From positions 160,001-224,000 of the forward strand of contig JANRJK010000046.1 in NCBI GenBank assembly GCA_033764015.1: a stretch of 64,000 bases of DNA. Direction: 5' to 3'. The position numbers and the translations under genes were made by a program. This stretch comes from Candidatus Sumerlaeia bacterium. GTDB lineage: Bacteria > Sumerlaeota > Sumerlaeia > SLMS01 > JANRJK01. The notes beneath the pieces were generated by a model, which ran no database searches, was not told where the DNA came from, and saw only the letters and a list, made by a program, of their open reading frames with translations. Each line of letters starts with the position of its first letter. Positions within the stretch are counted from its first letter, which is position 1. Of this stretch, positions 27,575-37,100 are shown piece by piece.

Positions 27575-28896
27575 GGAACCTCTGATCTGCCTCTTCCCCT
27601 GCGTTGCAGCCCGTTGCGCGGCAAGCTGCGAGGTATTGGAGGTTGCTTTCAAGCAACTTTGCCGGAGTTCTGGGCTGGCTCAGGATTGGTTGTACCGGTT
27701 CGGCGCGGTAGTTTTCCTCTGATCTGGCCGGTTACGCACACTTCTGCCTGAGCGTGAGGTACTTGAGCGCGTTGTGCACGGTGACGGCGATTTGGACTTG
27801 TTGGGTGACGCGCTCGATGCCGGTGTAGATGGCGCGGGGGAGTCGGCGCCAGCGCTTGAGGCTGGCGAAGACGCCTTCGGATGGCGCGCGGAGCCGCGCC
27901 AGCTTTTGATTTCGTGCGACTTCGATGCGGCCCATGAGCGAGTCCGGGTCGATGAAGAGGCGGCGCATGATGCCGTCGCGGGCGCCGCGTGCGGCCAGCG
28001 CCGCGCGGTTCGCGGCCGAGTCGTAGCCCTTGTCGGCCAGCACGGCGGCCTCTTGCTCCTCGAGCAGTTCCGCGAAGACCGACGTGTCGGCCACGTTCGC
28101 GGGCGTTACGCGGAAGTCTGATATCACGCCACTTGCCGCGTCGATTGCCGTGTGCATCTTGTAGGCGAAGCGGAGCCTCCCCTTCTTGCCGCCAAAGCGG
28201 GCGTCTGGATCGAGGCGGCTTCGGCGAGGGGGCGCCTCTTGCGCGGCGGACGGGCCGTCGGAGGCGCGCGCCACTGGTTCCGACGGGGCCTCCGGGGACG
28301 GTGAGGATGCGGATGTATCATCTGTATTATCAGTCTTCGAGGTTCCCTTCGGCGGGCGCGTGGCGGCGGGTACCAGCGTCGCATCGACCACCTTGACGGA
28401 GCCGGGTTGGATGCGGAGCCGGTGCGCGGCGAGCCGGCGTTCGACCTCGTGGCGGGCCTTCTCGAGGAGGGCGCCCGGGCGGACTCGCGCGCGGAACCGC
28501 ACCAGCGTCGTGTCGTCCGGCGGCGCCTCGGCCACGCCGAGGCCGAGGAAGCGGCGGAACGAGATGCGGTCGCCCGCCTCGCGCGACGCCTGGACGTCGG
28601 AGAGCGCGTATAACTCCTCTAGTAGCAGCATTTTGTATAGTACCACGGGGTCGAACCCGGCCTGCCCGCGGCCGGACGAATCGTATGTGGCGGCGAAGAT
28701 CGTGCGGACCGGCGCCCAATCGATGAGCGAGTCGAGTTCCGCGAGCGTCGCGTTGGCCGGAGCCCCGGCGATCACCGCGTCGAAAGCGTCGGGTGCTGCG
28801 TTGGACTGCGTCCGAAAGGCCATGAAAAGGCTCCTAAGTGGCTGACAGGGCTCCACTTAGCAAGAATCAGGGCAGGTGGGAATGCGCAGAGGTTCC
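27575..28896 (-). mobile_element. IS5-family insertion sequence (~1.3 kb)
   Basis: TIRs GGAACCTCTG (27575-) and CAGAGGTTCC (-28896); no matching target duplication visible. Confidence 0.85.
27732..28823 (-). CDS. IS5-family DDE transposase (apparently intact)
   Basis: LIDW, DRISFRRFLGL, PDDTTLVRFR, VDATLV, DPDARF, YKMHTAID, ADKGYDS, RAPSEGVFASLK. Confidence 0.93.
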   Translation of the reverse strand: MAFRTQSNAAPDAFDAVIAGAPANATLAELDSLIDWAPVRTIFAATYDSSGRGQAGFDPVVLYKMLLLEELYALSDVQASREAGDRISFRRFLGLGVAEAPPDDTTLVRFRARVRPGALLEKARHEVERRLAAHRLRIQPGSVKVVDATLVPAATRPPKGTSKTDNTDDTSASSPSPEAPSEPVARASDGPSAAQEAPPRRSRLDPDARFGGKKGRLRFAYKMHTAIDAASGVISDFRVTPANVADTSVFAELLEEQEAAVLADKGYDSAANRAALAARGARDGIMRRLFIDPDSLMGRIEVARNQKLARLRAPSEGVFASLKRWRRLPRAIYTGIERVTQQVQIAVTVHNALKYLTLRQKCA

Positions 28897-29280
28897 CCTT
28901 CACAACAATACTGTATGCCAAAAATGCAAACAGTACTCTGCCACTGAAGGAAAACCACACCCAAAGATTCCAGCGCAACTCAAAAACAGCCTGACGATGA
29001 TAAAAATACATCAACGCCGCTACAAGTGAGAGGTACTAACATGCACTACTTGCAACCGGAAGCAGGCTTCGGCTCATGATCATGCATCTTGACTCACTAG
29101 TTGTGTTGGTTCCGGGCCCGAGCGTCAGGTGTTCCGTCGTCATCGCGTTCGGGCAGCGCACGTCGTCGGCTTCCTCCGTGGCGGCGAAGGAAGCGCGCCG
29201 GGAGGGGTTTCGGCAACGGGAATCGCAGGTGCCTCACTCCCTGCTTGACGTTCTAGCCGTTGGCGCGGCCAGTCGCGGTG

Positions 29281-30264
29281 ATGGAGCTTCGTCCCGTGCC
29301 GACCCGCCTGCGCCGCCTGCTGCCGATCCTGGCCGCGGCGATGCTGCTTGCCGGGGTGGCGGAGGCGGGATTCTACGACCGCGTGCGGCAGGGCGAATCG
29401 TTGGCCGACTTCGCGCGCCGGCACCGCGTCACCACGCAGTCCGTCGCGGGGGCGAACCGGTTGGCGGCGAACGCGCGGCCCTCGCCGGGGACGCTGCTCT
29501 ACGTGCCGAAGATCGACAGTTCGCGCGGCCGCCCGGCGGGATCCGCCTCCGCGCCGGCGCCGCGTCCAGCGGCCCGTCCCGCGGCGCCCGCCGCCTCGCC
29601 GGCGCCGGCGCGCAACGAGTACACCGTACGCTCCGGCGACACGCTGTCGGGCATCGCGGCCCGCCTCGGGCGCAGCACCAAGGACCTTGCGGAGTTCAAC
29701 GGCATCTCGAATCCGAACTCGTTGAAGGTGGGCCAGCGGCTCGAGGTCCCGCCGGAGGGTTGGCGCGCGGCGGAGCCGGAGCCGGCGCCGCGGGCGGAGC
29801 GACGCGAGGAGCCGCCCGCGCCCTCCGCGCGGAACGAAACGCGCTCCGGGGGCGGGGGCAACGCGCCCCCCGCGTCGTCGCCGTCCGCGCGCCGCGGGCG
29901 CTTCATCTGGCCCCTCGAGGGGCGCGTGGTGCGCCGCTTCCGCGACACGGCGACGGAGAAGCAGCTCGGCCTGAACATCGCCGCGCCGGTGGGGACGCCC
30001 GTCCGCGCCGCCCGCGACGGCCGCGTGATCTACTCGAGCGACGCTATCGACGCCTACGGCCATATGGTGATCGTGCAGCACGACGACGGCGTGGCGACGT
30101 GCTACGCGCACACGCAGGGGGCGCTGGTGCGCGAGGGCCAGCAGGTGCGCCAGGGCGAAATCATCGCGCGCGTCGGCAACACCGGCCGCGGCCTCGAGCC
30201 GTTCCTCCACTTCGAAGTGCGCCGCAACGGCGCCGCCGTGAATCCCGAGCAGTACCTGCCCTGA
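29281..30264 (+). CDS. LysM x2 + M23 peptidase-like protein (NlpD-like)
   Basis: Signal peptide; YTVRSGDTLSGIA; FIWPLEG, GLNIAAPVGTPVRAA, YAH, LHFEVR. The first Zn ligands look degenerate, suggesting an amidase activator. Confidence 0.9.
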   Translation: MELRPVPTRLRRLLPILAAAMLLAGVAEAGFYDRVRQGESLADFARRHRVTTQSVAGANRLAANARPSPGTLLYVPKIDSSRGRPAGSASAPAPRPAARPAAPAASPAPARNEYTVRSGDTLSGIAARLGRSTKDLAEFNGISNPNSLKVGQRLEVPPEGWRAAEPEPAPRAERREEPPAPSARNETRSGGGGNAPPASSPSARRGRFIWPLEGRVVRRFRDTATEKQLGLNIAAPVGTPVRAARDGRVIYSSDAIDAYGHMVIVQHDDGVATCYAHTQGALVREGQQVRQGEIIARVGNTGRGLEPFLHFEVRRNGAAVNPEQYLP

Positions 30265-30308
30265 CCGGGGCCCTTGCCCCGCGGCGCGGCGCCGCCAGAC
30301 TTCGCCGC

Positions 30309-31610
30309 ATGTCCCGGAAACCCGCCGCCCCCGCTTCCCCCGCCACCCGCACCGCCGCCGTCGTCGGCCTCGGCTACGTCGGCCTCCCGCTGCTGGTCGA
30401 ACTCGCCGAATCCGGCTACCATGCGATCGGGATCGACCTCGACCCCTCGAAGGTCGGGGCCGTCCGCGGCGGGCGCAGCTACATCCCGGACGTGGCGGAG
30501 GAGCGTGTCGCGAAGCTCCGCGCCGCCGGACGCATCGACGCCGCGACGCGTTTCGAGCGCCTCGCGGAGGCCGACGCGGTGTCGATCTGCGTGCCGACGC
30601 CGCTCGGCAAGAGCCGCGAGCCGGACCTCTCCTACATCATCTCCGCGGTCGATTCGATCCGGCCGCACCTGCGCGCGGGCGCCGTGGTGGTGCTCGAATC
30701 GACCACGTATCCGGGGACGACGGAGGAGCTGGTGCTGCCGAAGCTTTCGGACGGCGGGCGCGAGGCGGGTCGCGACTTCTTCCTCGCGTTCAGCCCCGAG
30801 CGCGTCGATCCGGGCAACAAGCGCTTCCACACGCGCAACACGCCGAAGGTGCTCGGCGGCGTGACGCCGGCGTGCACGGAGGCCGCGCGGGAGTACTACG
30901 CGCCGGTCTTCGACCAGCTCGTGCTGGTCAGCTCGCCCCGCGCCGCCGAGATGGTGAAGCTGCTCGAGAACACCTTCCGCGCCGTGAACATCGGCCTGGT
31001 GAACGAAGTGGCGATCATGTGCGAGCGGCTCGGACTCGATGTGTGGGAGGTGATCGGCGCGGCGGCGACCAAGCCCTTCGGCTTCATGCCGTTCCAGCCC
31101 GGCCCCGGCCTCGGCGGCCACTGCATCCCCGTCGATCCGCTCTACCTCTCGTGGAAGCTGCGCACGCTCAACTACACCGCGCGCTTCATCGACCTGGCGT
31201 CGGAAGTGAACACCGGGATGCCGAGCTACGTGGTGCAGCGCCTGGTGCTCGCGCTCAACGAGCGGCGCAAGCCGGTGAAGGGCGCGAAGGTGCTGCTGCT
31301 CGGGGTCTCCTACAAGCGCGACGTGGGCGACGTGCGCGAGTCCCCCGCGCTCGATATCATCGAGCAGCTCCAGCGCCTCGGCGCGAAGGTCTCCTTCCAC
31401 GACCCGTTCGTGCCGAGGCTCGCCGAGGGGCACCTCGACCTCGCGTCACGGCCGCTCACGGACGCCGCGCTGAAGGGGAGCGACGCGGTCGTGGTGGTGG
31501 CGGACCACAGCGCCATCGACTACGCGCGCGTGGCTCGGCTGGCGCCCTACGTGTTCGACACGCGCAACGCCACGCGCGGGCTGAAGCGGGCAAACATCGA
31601 GCGCTTGTAA
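30309..31610 (+). CDS. Nucleotide-sugar dehydrogenase (UDP-GlcNAc/ManNAc 6-dehydrogenase, WbpA/WecC-like)
   Basis: GLGYVGLP, ICVPTP, ESTTYPGTT, SPERVDPG, KLLENTFR, GGHCIPVDP, DVRESPA. Confidence 0.93.
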   Translation: MSRKPAAPASPATRTAAVVGLGYVGLPLLVELAESGYHAIGIDLDPSKVGAVRGGRSYIPDVAEERVAKLRAAGRIDAATRFERLAEADAVSICVPTPLGKSREPDLSYIISAVDSIRPHLRAGAVVVLESTTYPGTTEELVLPKLSDGGREAGRDFFLAFSPERVDPGNKRFHTRNTPKVLGGVTPACTEAAREYYAPVFDQLVLVSSPRAAEMVKLLENTFRAVNIGLVNEVAIMCERLGLDVWEVIGAAATKPFGFMPFQPGPGLGGHCIPVDPLYLSWKLRTLNYTARFIDLASEVNTGMPSYVVQRLVLALNERRKPVKGAKVLLLGVSYKRDVGDVRESPALDIIEQLQRLGAKVSFHDPFVPRLAEGHLDLASRPLTDAALKGSDAVVVVADHSAIDYARVARLAPYVFDTRNATRGLKRANIERL

Positions 31611-31619
31611 GTTGAGGGC

Positions 31620-32294
31620 TCAACCATCCGGCCGGCGCGGGCCCCTCGCGAGCCACACCGCCGCCGCCGCCGCGGACACCGCCACGGCGCCGCGCGCGAC
31701 CGTCCCCGCCGCGGCGAAGCCGCTCCAGGCCGCGGCGTTCCATAGCCAGTGCAGCGCTGCCGCCGCCGCCAGCGCGCCCGCCAGCCGCGCACCCGCCCGC
31801 GGCCCGGCGAGGGACGCCCCCGCGCCCGTCGCCAGCGCGTGCATCGGAACGACGCAGAGCGCGCGTTCGAACGCCTGCGCGCCGCCCCCCGCTCCCGCGA
31901 AGAGCGACTGCGTGGCGAACCACGCCAGCTCCGCGGCGCCGAAGCCGACTCCCGCCATGGCTCCGAGCACGAAGCGGCGCCTTGCGCTCGCGGCCCCGCC
32001 CGCGAACTGCGCGGCGACCACCACCGCCAGCTTCAGCGCTTCTTCCGCCAGCGGCGCCACCAGCAGGACGGCGACCGCTTCGCGCACGCCGCCGCCCTGC
32101 GCGAGTCCGAGGCTGTCGAGCTTGCTCCGCGCGGCCGCCGCGGCGAGCGGCGCCGCGCCGAAAAGGCCCCACGCCAGCGCGCCCACCGCCCACCGGCGGG
32201 GGAGACCGGCGCGCGCCGCCGCCGCCTCCAGCGACAGCAGCCAGACGCCGAGGAGCCCCAGCGCCGCGAGGTGGAGCCCCGCTTCGGCGGCCAT
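31620..32294 (-). CDS. PrsW-family intramembrane metalloprotease
   Basis: APLAEEALK, GVGFGAAE, PMHALAT, LHWLWN; multi-TM. Confidence 0.8.
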   Translation of the reverse strand: MAAEAGLHLAALGLLGVWLLSLEAAAARAGLPRRWAVGALAWGLFGAAPLAAAAARSKLDSLGLAQGGGVREAVAVLLVAPLAEEALKLAVVVAAQFAGGAASARRRFVLGAMAGVGFGAAELAWFATQSLFAGAGGGAQAFERALCVVPMHALATGAGASLAGPRAGARLAGALAAAAALHWLWNAAAWSGFAAAGTVARGAVAVSAAAAAVWLARGPRRPDG

Positions 32295-32299
32295 GCGGC

Positions 32300-33730
32300 T
32301 CAGGCCCCCCGGAGCCGCCCGCCCGCCCGCGCCGCCTCGAAAAGCTGCTCCGTCGCGCGGTTGCACGCCGCCACCAGCGCCTTCTCCGAACGCCCGGCGA
32401 GCTGGCCGCGCTCCACCACGATGCGCCCCGCGACGATGCTCCACGCCACCCGGTGCCCGATACCGCAGAGCACCAGCGCCGCCAGCGGATCGAGCGAGGC
32501 GCCGCCGGCGTAGCCGACCTGGTCCATGTCGAACAGCACCACGTCTGCGGGGCCGCCCTCCTGCAGCCGCCCCAGCGCCGGGTTGCCCAGCACCGCGGCG
32601 CCGCCGCGCGTGGCGAGTTCGAGCACCTGCCGCGCGGTGACCGCCGCGGGGCCGCCCACCGCGCGGTGCGCCATCAGCGCCTGCCGCGCCTCGCCCACCA
32701 TGTCGCCGCTGTCGTTGCTGGCGGAGCAGTCCACGCCGAGCCCCACCGTCATCCCGGCGGCGAGCATCGCCGGCACCGGCGCGGTGCCGCTGCCGAGCCG
32801 CGCGTTGCTCGACGGGCAGTGGGCCACCGCCATGCCGAGGCGGGCACAGCGCTCCATCTCATTTTCGTTCAACTTCACACAATGCGCGAACCAGATGTCG
32901 GAGCCTTCCCAGCCGAGCTTCGCCACGAAGTCGAGCGGGCGGCAGCCGTAGCGCTCGAGGCAGTAGCGGTCCTCGTCGTCCGTTTCGGCTAGGTGCGTGT
33001 GGAGCCGGACCCCGTGCTTACGGGCGAGGACCGCGGTTTCACGGAAGAGGTGCTCGGTGACGTTGAACGGCGAGCAAGGCGCGAAGGCGATCCGCGTCAT
33101 CGCCTGAGGCGACGGATCGTGGTACGCCGCGACGAGGCGCTCGTAATCGGTGAGCACTCGCTCATCCGCCTCGACCAGCGCCATCGGGGGCAGCCCGCCG
33201 TCGCGGACCCCCAGCGTCATCGAGCCACGGGTGGGGTAGAACCGGATGCCCATTTCCCGGGCGGTGGCGAGTTGCTCGTCGATCAGATCCACCGGCGCCG
33301 CGACCGGGAACAGGTAGTGGTGGTCGGTGGTCGTCGTGCAGCCGGTGAGGAGCAGCTCCGCCATGGCGATCTGGGTCGCGGCGCGGAGCGCGTCCTTGCC
33401 GGTGAGGCCGGTCCAGACCTCGTACTGCTCCACCAGCCACTCGAAGAGCCCCGCGTCCTGCACGCGGGGCCACACGCGGGTGAGGACTTGGAACATATGG
33501 TGGTGGCAGTTCACGAGGCCCGGCAAGGCGAGCATCCCGCGGCCGTCAAGGCACGGGATGTCGGCGGCGAGGCGTTCCGAATCGCGCAGGTTCGTTCCGA
33601 TGCGGGCGATCCGGCCACCGCGCAGCAACAGGTCGGTGTGCTCCAGCTCGCGCCGGGCGTCGTCGAAGCACGCGACCAGGCGGCAGCGTTCGATCAGGAG
33701 CTGGGGTTCGTGGCCCTGCGGTTCGTCCAT
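32300..33730 (-). CDS. 8-oxoguanine deaminase-like amidohydrolase
   Basis: NCHHHMFQ, TTTDHHY, APCSPF, LHTHLAE, WFAHCV, HCPSSNARLGSG, GVDCSASND; GGAGG RBS. Confidence 0.9.
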   Translation of the reverse strand: MDEPQGHEPQLLIERCRLVACFDDARRELEHTDLLLRGGRIARIGTNLRDSERLAADIPCLDGRGMLALPGLVNCHHHMFQVLTRVWPRVQDAGLFEWLVEQYEVWTGLTGKDALRAATQIAMAELLLTGCTTTTDHHYLFPVAAPVDLIDEQLATAREMGIRFYPTRGSMTLGVRDGGLPPMALVEADERVLTDYERLVAAYHDPSPQAMTRIAFAPCSPFNVTEHLFRETAVLARKHGVRLHTHLAETDDEDRYCLERYGCRPLDFVAKLGWEGSDIWFAHCVKLNENEMERCARLGMAVAHCPSSNARLGSGTAPVPAMLAAGMTVGLGVDCSASNDSGDMVGEARQALMAHRAVGGPAAVTARQVLELATRGGAAVLGNPALGRLQEGGPADVVLFDMDQVGYAGGASLDPLAALVLCGIGHRVAWSIVAGRIVVERGQLAGRSEKALVAACNRATEQLFEAARAGGRLRGA

Positions 33731-34180
33731 GGTTGGCACCTCGGGCGGGGATTCCGCCGCGCCTGATGGCCTTGGGGCAACGGGTGGTTGGGAGTGGGGA
33801 GGGCACCTGAGGAGCGCCCCGGGAATCCCCTTAAGTGCTCTATATCCAGCAGTTCCGATACCGCGTGGGGCGATTGTTGTTGCCCCGTCCAGCCCGCGGA
33901 CGGGTTCACTTGTCTGGTTTGAGCCTCTATCTAGGAAGCCCCCACGGCCTGTGCACGTCAAAGTCCGCGCGTCGGAGCCTACCTGCAACGCGACATCACG
34001 GACCCGTCGCCGCGAGGCGAGGATGCCGTAACAAGCAACAGCAAGCCAGGTGCCTATTTAGACGTCACACCCTGTCGAGACGATCCCGCAACGCCCCCAT
34101 GGCAACAGACCCCACGGTCCCGATCCCGATCCCCGCAACTCGGTTGAACCCCAAACGAAAACCATTCTTTGGAGTTTTCC

Positions 34181-37100
34181 ATGACTAAGGCTCCTGGTCT
34201 GAGATCGACGCTGATCGGTCTCGCCGCTGCCGGTATCGCCCTCCTCGGCTCGAGCGCGGATGCGCAGACCATCCGCTTCCAGCCGGTGAATGTGGTCGAC
34301 ACCGATGGCGGGACGTTTCAGGTGCAGGTCTTTGTGGACATCCCCGCCGGCACAAATGTGCGCCGCGTGGATGGCTTCATCGACATCGACACCGGCGCGA
34401 ACGGCCTCACCTTCAACTCCGCCACCGCGTTGAACGCGGCGTTCGCCTCGGCGGACGCGCAGGCCGTGAGCGGCCCCCTCGGCGGCGACCCGTCCGGAAC
34501 GGACGTCCGCTTCCGCGCGATCACCGCGTGCGGCGCCGAGCAGACGAACGGCTCGTTCCTCCTCACCACGCTCACCTTCAACCGCAACAACGGATCCAAC
34601 CCGGGACCGTACACGCTGACCTGGGTGAACGGCACGACGGCGTATCCGTCGCTCGCGGGCGCCTGCCCGACGAACCCCTTCGACCCGGGTATCACGCCGT
34701 TCGCGGGAAGCACGTTCCAGAACGGCACGGCGGTTTACTGCGGCGGCACGTACGTGGTCAGCGACCTTAACGTCGATGGCAACGGCAACAACGTAACGCT
34801 GGAGCGCATCGCGGCCCGCGAAGGCGCGGTCGGCGACGGACCGGGCAACCCGATCTCCGCTTTCACCGCCTTCGACCGGACCTTCACGGTCAACGCGATC
34901 GCCGCGACCTGCCCGGTGAGCGTCACGGCCACCACGAACCCGGTGGACTTCACCGGTGCGATGCTGGCGAACATCAGCGTGGCGGGCTCCAACCCGGCCA
35001 CGGTCGAGTTCGACGTCCGCTCCAACCCGGGCCCCGCCCGCGTCGGCGTGATCAGCGTCAACCAGCAGCCCTCCGCAACCTACACGATTTTCCAGGAGGA
35101 CGGCTGCCGCTGGACGCTCCCGCGCCAGTCGCAGGTCTACAGCTCCGACCTCCAGCGCGACAACTTCGCGATGTTCCCGACCAACATCCTGTGCGGCTAC
35201 ACGCTGCGCATCGACCCGCCCGAGGCCGAGTACAACGACCAGGGCACGGCCGATCCGTCGGACGACACGGGCTGGGTCACCATCGAGGAGCCCACCGGCA
35301 TCGGCTTCCCCTCCGGCACGGGCAACATCTCGCTGCAGATCCTTCTGCAGAAGAACTTCAACCCGACCAACCGCTCCGCGCGGATCCGCGTCGAGGGCGT
35401 CACCTACGACCTCGACTGGTTCGACATCACGCAGAACGGCACCTGCCGCTACGAGGCGGAGCCGGTCCAGTCGGCCCTGCTTCCCGCGGGCGCCAGCGCG
35501 GCGAACACGTTCGACGTCAACCTCACCCCGCCGCAGGAGGGCCTCCCGTCCTGCTCGTGGACCGTGGACGAGGACTCCACCTCGCCTTGGATCACGAATG
35601 TCGCCGTCGCCGTTGACGGCCTCACCGGCTACGAGGTCCTCGACAACCTCGGCAACCCGACCGGCATCTACGTCGGCTACGGCGTCGTGTCCTACGACAC
35701 GACGGCCAACACCGGCGAGCAGCGCCAGGGCATCATCACCCTCGCGACGGAAACCGGCCCGGTTTACCACTATGTGAACCAGGCTGACGGCTGCGCATTG
35801 GCGTTCAGCACCACCGCCACGAACCTTTCGGCCAGCGCCAGCGGCACCTTCACCGCCAACTTCAGCGTGAACGCCGGCTCGGCGGACTGCGCTTGGACGA
35901 TTCTTGGCGGCGCCGACTGGTTCGACTTCACGCCGCGCTCCGGCTTCGGCACGACGCCGATCGACCTCACCGCCTTCCCCAACACCGGGGCGGCCCGCAG
36001 CACCACGCTGACCCTGGTCGGCGCGGCAGGGGTTTCCACGATCGAGGTTGTCCAGGACGCCGGTTGCACCATCACGGCGATCGCCGATCCGGCCAGCTTC
36101 GCCTCCGCGGCCCAGACCTCCTCCTTCGACATCGCCGGCCTCTTCGCCGAATGCGAATGGACGGTCTCCGAGGACTCCCCTTGGCTCGCCATCACGGGCG
36201 CCACGACGGGCTTCGGCAACGCGACGGTCAACTACGCACTCCAGCCGAACGACACGGGCGCCACGCGCTCGACCGTCGTCACGGTCACCGGCCCGCTCAA
36301 CACGGTCGCCTTCACGGTGACGCAGAACGGCACCTGCGGCCTTCCCGGCAACGCCGCGTTCAACGTCTCGGCCGTTGCTGGCGTCGCCACCCTCAACTTC
36401 GCCCTCGACGCCTTCTGCGATTGGACCATCACGGAAGACAACCGCGGTGGCGACTGGGTACGTATCACCGACCCGACCAGCGGCACGGGCAACATCGCGG
36501 TCGACTTCGCCTACGAGTCGAACCCGGGTGCGCCCCGCTCGAAGAGCTGGACGGTTTCGACCGCGGTCAACTCGGTCATCGTCACGATCAACCAGGACTC
36601 CGACTGCGCGCTCACGCTCTCCACGGCTTCGGCCACGGTCGGCGCGGACGCGGGCACGACGACGTTCGACATCAACCTGAACCAGACGTTCTGCGACTGG
36701 ACGATCAGCGGCGGCTCGGACTGGGCCTACGTCGACGGTCCGCTCACGGGCGCCGGCTCGACGACGGTGACGGTGGCCTTCGAGGCCAACACCGGCATCG
36801 AGCGCGAGACGGTCTTCACGGTCACCGGCCCGCTCGGGACCCAGACCTTCACGCTCACGCAGAACGACGACTGCACGCTGGCCCTCAGCGCGGTGGGCAC
36901 CACTCTCACCTCGACGGACACCGCCGGCAGCTTCGGCATCACCGGCCTCACGGCCGCCTGCCCCTGGACGGTTTCGGAAGATTCCGACTGGCTCGATATC
37001 ACCTCCGCGGCGGCTGGCATCGCCGACGCGACGGTCATCTTCAGCACGACGACCAACCCCGGCTTCGACCGCGTCGCGGTGATCCAGGTGGTCGGTTCGC

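Noticed and set aside
28897..29014. Short hydrophobic ORF as the missing 5' end of the gene cut by IS5
   Set aside because: Joining the IS5 flanks in this frame gives KDDIFE then a stop, and there is no target duplication, so a simple interruption is not supported.
33790..33880. Purine/xanthine riboswitch upstream of the deaminase
   Set aside because: Only an imperfect hairpin is visible and I could not match the conserved core of any riboswitch; an Rfam/Infernal scan would settle it.
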